Shown here piece by piece: positions 42,735 to 49,357 of a DNA stretch of 64,000 bases. A program made the translations under genes and the position numbers. Under the pieces are notes generated by a model, which had not been told where the DNA came from, did not search any database, and saw only the letters and a list, made by a program, of their open reading frames with translations. The DNA comes from Candidatus Latescibacterota bacterium (GTDB lineage Bacteria > Latescibacterota > UBA2968 > UBA8231). The stretch covers positions 288,001 through 352,000 of the forward strand of contig OZ241867.1 in assembly GCA_965203175.1 (NCBI GenBank). Direction: 5' to 3'. Each line of letters starts with the position of its first letter. Position 1 is the stretch's first letter.

Positions 42735-43130
42735 ATGTCAAACAAACGTAAGAGGGTAGGTTGCACCCACATGATTCAATATCACTTGGTTTGGTGCCCC
42801 AAGTATAGGCGCGGCGTCTTGACGGGCGAAATTGCCAACACGCTTGAGCAGCTTCTGTATGAGAAGGCTGAAGCGCTTAGCCTGGAAATTATATCGCTGT
42901 CGATACGGCCCGATCATGTTCACTGCTTTATCACGGGAACGCCTACGATGGCCGTCAACCAACTGGTTCGCCACCTCAAAGGCTTTACAGCACACGAACT
43001 GCGTGAGCGATTCCCGTCTCTCAAGACGCGCTTGCCTTGCCTGTGGAGCCGTAGCTACTATGCAGGTAGTATCGGTGAGGTGTCGGATGCTACGGTTCGT
43101 CGATACATTGAAGCCCAAAAAGGGGTATAA
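42735..43130 (+). CDS. tnpA: IS200/IS605 Y1 HUH transposase TnpA
   Basis: YHLVWCPKYRR, PDHVH (HUH), LWSRSYY, catalytic Y in RRYIEAQK. Confidence 0.96.
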   Translation: MSNKRKRVGCTHMIQYHLVWCPKYRRGVLTGEIANTLEQLLYEKAEALSLEIISLSIRPDHVHCFITGTPTMAVNQLVRHLKGFTAHELRERFPSLKTRLPCLWSRSYYAGSIGEVSDATVRRYIEAQKGV

Positions 43131-44288
43131 ATGCAACGGACCTACCAGTATCGTTTGTATCCGACGCCCCAGCAACAGGAGACGCTCAACACCATCCTGC
43201 GCCAGTCGTGCTTGCTTTACAACGAGGCGTTGGAGCATCGTCGGCAGGTGTATAAGCACACCGGCCAGTCGGTGAGCTATCCTGCTCAGTGGAGTCGATT
43301 CAAAGAGGAGCGCAAGGAGCGGGTTGAAGATTTTGGTTTGCTCAATGCTACCTCCGTGCAACAACTGCTTCGCCGATTGGACAAGTCGTTTGCGTCCTTC
43401 TTCCGTCGTCTCAAGGCCGGCGACAAGCCGGGTTTTCCACGCTTTAAGCCTTCGGCTCGTTTTCGCTCTGTTGCATATCGACATCAAGACGGATGCACCC
43501 TCAAAGGGGCTTGTCTGTATGTGCAACACGTCGGCGATGTGCCTATCAAGCGGCACCGCGCCGTACCCGAGGGATGCCTCAAGCAGGTTATCATCACGCG
43601 CAAAGCGGGCCACCGCTGGTTTGTCTCCTTTCAGGGCGACGATGGCCAGGAAACGCGGCCTCTTAAAAGCGGCCAGGCCGTTGGCCTAGACATGGGCCTT
43701 GCGTCCTTGCTGGCCTGTTCGGACGGCACCTTGATTAACAACCCGCGCTGGTTGCGTCGCTCGCTTGGCAAGCTCCGACGCACACAGCGGGCTCTCGCCC
43801 GTAAGACGCGCTTTTCGTCGCGCTGGTGGAAGACCAAGCGCCAACTTGAAAGCCTGCATTGGAAGATCGGCAACCAACGCCGACACTTCCTGCATCAACT
43901 GACCTATCGCTTGACGGATACTTTTGCTCTGATCGCCGTAGAGGGCGTTTCGCCGTCCTTTCTGCTGTCGAACCGACACCTTGCCCTGTCGGCTTCGGAT
44001 GCAAGCTGGCATTTGTTCCGCTCGATGCTTGACTACAAGGCTGAAAGGGCTGGTTGTCTCGTCGTCGAGGTGGATGCCCGCTACACGTCCCAAGCCTGCT
44101 CGGGGTGTGGGCAGATAGAAAAGAAAACGTTGAGCCAACGGTGGCACTCCTGCACATGTGGGACGGAATTGAACCGAGATGTCAACGCCGCCGTGAATAT
44201 ACTTAATAAGGCCCGATGCGGGCCTACGGAGCCTAACGTAGAGGTAGTCAACTCAAGCGTGCTCCGTCAAAAAGCTGACCTGCTTTAG
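43131..44288 (+). CDS. tnpB: RNA-guided endonuclease TnpB
   Basis: YQYRLYPT, GFPRFK, RuvC D (GLDMG), E (IAVEG), D (NRDVNAA); zinc finger. Confidence 0.95.
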   Translation: MQRTYQYRLYPTPQQQETLNTILRQSCLLYNEALEHRRQVYKHTGQSVSYPAQWSRFKEERKERVEDFGLLNATSVQQLLRRLDKSFASFFRRLKAGDKPGFPRFKPSARFRSVAYRHQDGCTLKGACLYVQHVGDVPIKRHRAVPEGCLKQVIITRKAGHRWFVSFQGDDGQETRPLKSGQAVGLDMGLASLLACSDGTLINNPRWLRRSLGKLRRTQRALARKTRFSSRWWKTKRQLESLHWKIGNQRRHFLHQLTYRLTDTFALIAVEGVSPSFLLSNRHLALSASDASWHLFRSMLDYKAERAGCLVVEVDARYTSQACSGCGQIEKKTLSQRWHSCTCGTELNRDVNAAVNILNKARCGPTEPNVEVVNSSVLRQKADLL

Positions 44289-44306
44289 CCGTCAGTAGCT
44301 TACAAG

Positions 44307-44339
44307 AAGAAGAGGCTCCGCAAAAGGGGGCCTCTTCTC
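44307..44339. terminator. Host hairpin/terminator abutting the IS2 right end
   Basis: AGAAGAGGCTCC-GCAAAA-GGGGGCCTCTTCT stem. Confidence 0.6.
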
Positions 44340-44385
44340 GTGATCTACTACTTCTACCGCGTGCCAAAGGCAAAGATGGGACCGT

Positions 44386-44580
44386 TTACTTAAATGATTT
44401 CTTGAGTTCTTCGCCGATACTCAACTCTCCGTTGTCTATTCTCATATGGTATCCGCAACTCGGATTCGTGCAGGCCCATGCTTTGTAGTGAATGGCTGCG
44501 CCGTCTCTTCCATAGTCGGAAAGCGGAATTAAAACACCTTCCTTGCACTTCAAACACTCAGGAAAATCACCTTTTTCCAT
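44386..44580 (-). CDS. 64-aa zinc-ribbon-like hypothetical protein
   Basis: GGGAGG SD; CLKC...CTNPSC four-Cys pattern; LIPLSDYG motif. Confidence 0.75.
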   Translation of the reverse strand: MEKGDFPECLKCKEGVLIPLSDYGRDGAAIHYKAWACTNPSCGYHMRIDNGELSIGEELKKSFK

Positions 44581-44632
44581 CCGACCCTCCCTTCCGGTTT
44601 TAGCGTGCGACCACTAGGGGCCACGCTTTTAT

Positions 44633-45891
44633 CAGAATCGCCGTAAGCCTGCCTGCTTTAGCTGGCAGATGCAAGGCGTGTTTTGAGTGATGGGCACCTA
44701 GTGCCCGCGAGCGAGAAACATCTTGACAAAGGACACTTTATGCAGAGATTAAATATATGCACAAAGTGTTCAAATATCGGCTGTATCCCACGCACAAACA
44801 ACGGTCTGTGCTGTGCAAGCATCTTGAGGCGTGTCGTCGTCTCTACAACACGTTTGTATGTGACCGAGTCCAAGCCTTTGAGCAACACGGTGAGTCGCTG
44901 AGCATGTATGACCAGCTTGGTAAGCTGCCCTTTCTCAAGACGGACTGGCCCCCTGTGTCGGATGTGCATAGCCAAGTGCTGCAAAACGTCGGCGTCCGCG
45001 TCGATGTGGCGTTCAAGGCGTTCTTCCGTCGCTGTAAGGCCGGTGAGCATCCAGGCTTTCCGCGCTACAAAGGGGAAGGCCGCTACGACAGCCTCACCTA
45101 CCCGCAGGCGACCGGCTTCGCCCTCAAGGGGCGGTATCTTCGTCTGGGTAAGGTGGGGCTGGTCAAAGTGCGCCAGCATAGAGGACTTGAGGGAAATTCT
45201 AAGACCTGCACGGTGCGCCGCAGTGCCACCGGCAAGTGGTATGCCACCATCGTCTGCGACGTGGAAGCCAAAGCATTGCCGGAGAGCACTGAGGCTGTGG
45301 GTATCGACGTAGGACTGGAGAAGTTTGCTACGCTGTCGTCGGGCCAGCAGATAGCTAATCCGCGGTTTTTTCGCCAGGAAGAGCACGAGCTGGCCAAAGC
45401 GCAGCGCAAGCTCTCTCTTGCCGACAAAGGCACACCGGAACGAGCCAAGGCCCGTAAGATCGTCGCCCGCGTCCATGAGCGCATTCGTTTTAAGCGCCAT
45501 GACTTTGCTCACCAGTTGGCTCGTCGGTTGGTCAACCACTACGGCTTGATCTCCGTTGAAGACCTGACTATCAATGGCATGGTTCACAACCATTGCCTTT
45601 CCAAATCTATCCATGATGCGGCATGGTCGCAGTTTCGGCAGTGCCTGTTCTACAAAGCGGAAGAAGCTGGTAGGACGATGGTGGCCGTAAACCCGGCCTA
45701 TACCTCCCAGGATTGTTCCCAGTGTGGGCATCGGCATCGTAAGACATTGTCCGAGCGTATGCATGTGTGTCCTTGCTGTAGCGTCGTCATGGACCGAGAC
45801 GAAAACGCCGCACGAAACATCTTGAGATTGGGTCTACAATCTCAGGCTCCAAGCCAAGAAGCCGCCGCGCTTTAGCCGGCGGAGTAGTCAC
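44633..45891 (+). mobile_element. IS200/IS605-family element 3 (tnpB only)
   Basis: Left end after TTTAT with hairpin CTGCCTGCT-TT-AGCTGGCAG; right end GAAG-CCGCCG..CGGCGG..TCAC. Confidence 0.85.
44757..45875 (+). CDS. tnpB: RNA-guided endonuclease TnpB
   Basis: FKYRLYPT, GFPRYK, RuvC D (GIDVG), E (SVEDL), D (DRDENAARNI); CSQC..CPCC. Confidence 0.95.
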   Translation: MHKVFKYRLYPTHKQRSVLCKHLEACRRLYNTFVCDRVQAFEQHGESLSMYDQLGKLPFLKTDWPPVSDVHSQVLQNVGVRVDVAFKAFFRRCKAGEHPGFPRYKGEGRYDSLTYPQATGFALKGRYLRLGKVGLVKVRQHRGLEGNSKTCTVRRSATGKWYATIVCDVEAKALPESTEAVGIDVGLEKFATLSSGQQIANPRFFRQEEHELAKAQRKLSLADKGTPERAKARKIVARVHERIRFKRHDFAHQLARRLVNHYGLISVEDLTINGMVHNHCLSKSIHDAAWSQFRQCLFYKAEEAGRTMVAVNPAYTSQDCSQCGHRHRKTLSERMHVCPCCSVVMDRDENAARNILRLGLQSQAPSQEAAAL

Positions 45892-45893
45892 TC

Positions 45894-45922
45894 AATGTAC
45901 TTGTGCCGTCCTGCTGTGTCAA
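45894..45922 (-). promoter_or_regulatory. Sigma70-like promoter now pointing into the IS3 right end
   Basis: TTGACA(45922-45917)-N17-TACATT(45899-45894). Confidence 0.6.
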
Positions 45923-45935
45923 TTCCAACGGGGGA

Positions 45936-46406
45936 TCACATTTGCCCAAGATGAGCGGCATATTCATATACGGCCCGTTCTTGGGCGGCCGTTTCCACCG
46001 AACCGGGGCGCAGGTTCCGAACCTGCGTCAGGGCGTCCGCCGCGCTGCTGCCCATCCTCACCAAATAACTCGCCAACATCGTGCCCGTGCGCCCCAACCC
46101 CGCGCTGCAATGGACCATCACGGGTCGTCCTTGCTTGACCTCCTCATCGACGAATTGAACAAACGCTCGTATATCCCCGAGCGAAGGCGGCTGCATATCC
46201 TGTATGGGTAAGTGCAAATATGCTATATCTCGTGCCTCCACTTCGCCCGCCTGCAGGGGATTTGCAGTCAACGACACAATCGCCTTTACGCCCTGCGCCG
46301 ACAGCAAATCGAGATCGCCCTCCAGCCGCTCGTCCCCTCCCCGACCGCCAATCTGCCCAGCACCCGCCAACCGACCCTCTAATAGCCAACCAAAATTGAA
46401 CACCAT
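45936..46406 (-). CDS. Dual-specificity protein phosphatase
   Basis: NFGWL, LPIQDMQPP, P-loop VHCSAGLGRTG, RPGSVET..Q; start 46406 or 46421. Confidence 0.88.
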   Translation of the reverse strand: MVFNFGWLLEGRLAGAGQIGGRGGDERLEGDLDLLSAQGVKAIVSLTANPLQAGEVEARDIAYLHLPIQDMQPPSLGDIRAFVQFVDEEVKQGRPVMVHCSAGLGRTGTMLASYLVRMGSSAADALTQVRNLRPGSVETAAQERAVYEYAAHLGQM

Positions 46407-46407
46407 G

Positions 46408-46848
46408 CTAGCGGCCTTCATAGGCTGCCTGCGGCCCTTCAACCCAACTCTCACCTCCGACCCCCACTTCCTTCTTCCATATCGGCACGATCTGCTTGAG
46501 CCGATCAATGGCGTACTGACACGCAGCCAACGCCTCGGCCCGATGAGGGCTAGCGACGGCAATCAACACGCTAATTTCTCCGATTTCGAGCTTACCCACG
46601 CGGTGAACCATCGCGACATCTACGACGCCCCACTGCGCCTTCAACTCGTCGCCAATCTCCGCCATCTTCTTCTCGGCCATAACCGGGTACGCTTCGTACA
46701 CCAAGTAATCGGTTTGCTTGTCCCCAGAGTGATTGCGCACCACCCCGGCAAACGTGGCTACCGCGCCATTTTCATCGCGCACCACTCCGGCAAACAAATC
46801 GTCGGGTTTTATTGGGTCTTCGGTAATTTTGAACACGTCAGCCCCCAC
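46408..46848 (-). CDS. moaE: Molybdopterin synthase catalytic subunit
   Basis: GAVATFAGVVR, YEAY, HRVG, SPHR, LK..VPIWKKE. Confidence 0.95.
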   Translation of the reverse strand: MGADVFKITEDPIKPDDLFAGVVRDENGAVATFAGVVRNHSGDKQTDYLVYEAYPVMAEKKMAEIGDELKAQWGVVDVAMVHRVGKLEIGEISVLIAVASPHRAEALAACQYAIDRLKQIVPIWKKEVGVGGESWVEGPQAAYEGR

Positions 46849-47083
46849 TTACAGGCGGAATAAGAGCGACCTCATCGCCCGCTTTTAACACGGTATGGTC
46901 CCCCACGTATTCGGCATTGACCGCAACCGACAACACCTGCTGCACGGCCGCCAATTGCGGATACGCGGCCACGAGCTCGCGCTGCAAATCCGCAACTCGG
47001 TAGCCTTCCGCAATCTCCCAGTCGCAGCTCTTGTGGCCGACTGCATCGCGGCAGGACGCAAAAAATAAAACCTTGATTTTCAT
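46838..47083 (-). CDS. moaD: Molybdopterin synthase sulfur carrier subunit
   Basis: MKIKVLFFA, AVNAEY, GDEVALIPPVSGG. Confidence 0.95.
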   Translation of the reverse strand: MKIKVLFFASCRDAVGHKSCDWEIAEGYRVADLQRELVAAYPQLAAVQQVLSVAVNAEYVGDHTVLKAGDEVALIPPVSGG

Positions 47084-47137
47084 AGCCAAGCGCAATAACG
47101 CCGCGACCCGTGCACAACGGGCCGCGGCGAGAAAAAG

Positions 47138-47169
47138 GAAATGGGACCCTTGTGAGGCCCCATTTCACT
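47138..47169 (-). terminator. Terminator after the 684-aa surface protein
   Basis: GAAATGGGACC..GGCCCCATTTC stem then CTTTTT on the minus strand. Confidence 0.7.
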
Positions 47170-47200
47170 CACTAATTACTGCTGTTGTCCGCTGAGGAAA

Positions 47201-49255
47201 CTACCTGAGCAGCACCATTTTGCGCTTAGCTACGTAGTCGCCAGCATGGAGCAAGTAAAAATACATGCCGCTGGCGACGCTAGCGCCGCTTTCGCTCCGG
47301 CCATCCCATACGGCTTGGTACTGACCTGCAGCCAGCGCCTCGCCGTCAACCAGCTTGCGCACGGCCTGACCCGCGATGTTGTAAATCGTCAGGGAGACGA
47401 TCGCATCGCTGCTCAGAGCGTAGGGAATGGTGGTTTCTGGATTGAAAGGGTTGGGATAGTTTTGATTCAGCGAGTTAGCCAACGGCAGGGCAGCTAGCGG
47501 TTTGGCAGCAGCCCAAGCCGCGCTGAAGTCAATCGCCAAGTTCAGGGCCTTGCCGGCCGCATTCTCAGTATCGGTGCTCGCCGTAATGCTGAGGAAAGAC
47601 ACGAGCTCGGCGTCAACCTCAATCGACGAATTGCCATTGGCATCAGTCGTATTGCGCACGAACGCGCTACCATGGGAGGGAATCGTGCCGATACCGAGCA
47701 CGGACACCGACTCCGCGCTTCGATTGTACACGTCCCACAAGACGGGCTGCCCCTCACCCGGGTCGCCCCAGAGATTGGTGAAATTGACCGAGTACGTGAT
47801 CTCGCCGGGGCTGTCGTCATCAACAGCGCCCATATCGGCCCCAGAAGTCAACGCGTTGCCAACCAGCGGTGCAGTAGCCACCAGCACTGGATCTGGCCGG
47901 TTGAGGTGCATGCTGCGACTCAACAACTCGGTATCCAAGTAATCGCGCACGCCGGACGACGGTCCGAGGGACACGCTGTGGACCACAATATCCGCCTCCA
48001 TCTCCTCGGTAAAGCTGTCCGAGGTGACGAGGGTGAAGGTTCCTAGACCGGCTTCGCCATCTACGACTTCGCTAATAACGACAGCGCCGCCCCGCACCTG
48101 ATTCCCAGAGACTTCTACGGCTGGCGCCGACAGGCTAAACGCAGAGGAACCCGCAAACGTGGTGGCCTCCAGATCAAAGGCCTCGGCTGGCTCCACCGTC
48201 ACGATAACCTCAACCTGCTTCACACCGGCTAGCCCGGTCGCCGACAGCGCAACTGGAATTTTCGCACCCGCACCCGCGACCACTTCGTTGAGGGCCTTGT
48301 CATCGTTATTCAGGGAAACCTGCGAGACGAACATCAACTGATCGACATCTGGCACCGCCCAAGTGGCGTTGAAATCAATCGCCAAGTCGATGGTATCCCC
48401 GGCCGGATTTACAGCGGTCGTGCGCGCTCGAACATCGAGCGAAGTCGCCGCGGCCTTTAAGTTGCCTTCGGCGTCGAACTTAACCACGGCATTGCCAGCC
48501 TCATCGGTCACATTCCGCAGGCATACGTACACGCCGGAGGGAACCTCGCCGACACCGAGCAGATAGACCGACCGAGAGCCGGTATTGGTGATGTCCCAAG
48601 CAATGGTCTGGCCCTTGGCGGGAGCACCATCATCGGTGTAATTGACCGAGAACTCGATCTCGCCGGGGCTGCCGTCCGCGGCCGCACCTGTGCCGACCGA
48701 GGAATAGGCCGGATTAAGGGAGACCGATGAGGTCGCCAACATATTCGGCGGGGGCACGGCCCAGTTGACGATGAACAATCCCTCGGCACCAACGACATCC
48801 CGGTCCACAGACGACGGCCCAAGGGACACGCTGCTCACCACAATCTCGGCCGAGGACTCCCTGCTAAAACTACTCGACATCGTGAGGGTAAAAACCCCCA
48901 AAGCACCATCGCCATCTACCGTCTCACTAAGGGTGGCTACACCGCCTTTGATCTGATCGTCCCCTAACACTTCCACGCCAGACCCAGGCGAAAAACCAAA
49001 AGCAGGGGTAAAGGTCGCCTCCGCTAGATCGAAGGCCTCCGCGGGCAATACCGTCAGAATAATTTCAACCTGTTTTACCCCGACCATTCCAGCGGCCGAC
49101 AGCGGTACCTGCACTTGCTCACCAGCACTGGCGGCGGCATGTTCCCCATCCAGCGAAATGACGACGTTCGCGTTATCCCCAGCGACAGCGGCACCACATA
49201 GTGCGAGCAACAGGGCGATGGCAAGAGGAAATATCTTGCGCACGCTGTTCTGCAT
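47201..49255 (-). CDS. Secreted acidic surface protein: two copies of a (cohesin-like + Ig-like) unit plus FlgD-Ig/T9SS-like C-terminal domain
   Basis: Signal peptide; duplicated GVKQVE.I.TV.PAEAFDL...SVSLGPSS and SPGEI..SVN.T...RN.TD..GN; tail QNYPNPFNP...WDGR...SGMYFY...KMVLLR. The cohesin call is tentative. Confidence 0.7.
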   Translation of the reverse strand: MQNSVRKIFPLAIALLLALCGAAVAGDNANVVISLDGEHAAASAGEQVQVPLSAAGMVGVKQVEIILTVLPAEAFDLAEATFTPAFGFSPGSGVEVLGDDQIKGGVATLSETVDGDGALGVFTLTMSSSFSRESSAEIVVSSVSLGPSSVDRDVVGAEGLFIVNWAVPPPNMLATSSVSLNPAYSSVGTGAAADGSPGEIEFSVNYTDDGAPAKGQTIAWDITNTGSRSVYLLGVGEVPSGVYVCLRNVTDEAGNAVVKFDAEGNLKAAATSLDVRARTTAVNPAGDTIDLAIDFNATWAVPDVDQLMFVSQVSLNNDDKALNEVVAGAGAKIPVALSATGLAGVKQVEVIVTVEPAEAFDLEATTFAGSSAFSLSAPAVEVSGNQVRGGAVVISEVVDGEAGLGTFTLVTSDSFTEEMEADIVVHSVSLGPSSGVRDYLDTELLSRSMHLNRPDPVLVATAPLVGNALTSGADMGAVDDDSPGEITYSVNFTNLWGDPGEGQPVLWDVYNRSAESVSVLGIGTIPSHGSAFVRNTTDANGNSSIEVDAELVSFLSITASTDTENAAGKALNLAIDFSAAWAAAKPLAALPLANSLNQNYPNPFNPETTIPYALSSDAIVSLTIYNIAGQAVRKLVDGEALAAGQYQAVWDGRSESGASVASGMYFYLLHAGDYVAKRKMVLLR

Positions 49256-49292
49256 AGTTGCTTCTCCTTCTATTTATGAACCTGTTTTACAT

Positions 49293-49336
49293 AGTGAAAT
49301 GGGACCCCAATTTGAGGCTTGAGGTCCCATTTCACT
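49293..49336 (-). terminator. Hairpin after the giant adhesin gene
   Basis: AGTGAAATGGGACC...GGTCCCATTTCACT 14-bp perfect stem. Confidence 0.7.
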
Positions 49337-49357
49337 AACTCGCTGTGCAGTGGGTGC

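Larger units (their letters stand above)
42594..44303 (+). mobile_element. IS605-group element 2 (tnpA + tnpB)
   Basis: Left end GGGA-CTGACGGCT-TC-AGCCGTTCAG after CCAT; right end AAAG-CTGAC..GTCAG..TTAC. Confidence 0.88.

Noticed and set aside
28945-45764. Long antisense ORFs over each tnpB (28945-30090, 42738-43613, 44658-45764)
   Set aside because: Codon-aligned shadows expected when a high-GC gene avoids TTA/CTA/TCA; no recognisable protein features or SD.
29062-45875. Possibility that the TnpBs are nuclease-dead TldR regulators or Cas12f with arrays
   Set aside because: All three RuvC acidic residues are present, IS ends are intact and no CRISPR array is adjacent.
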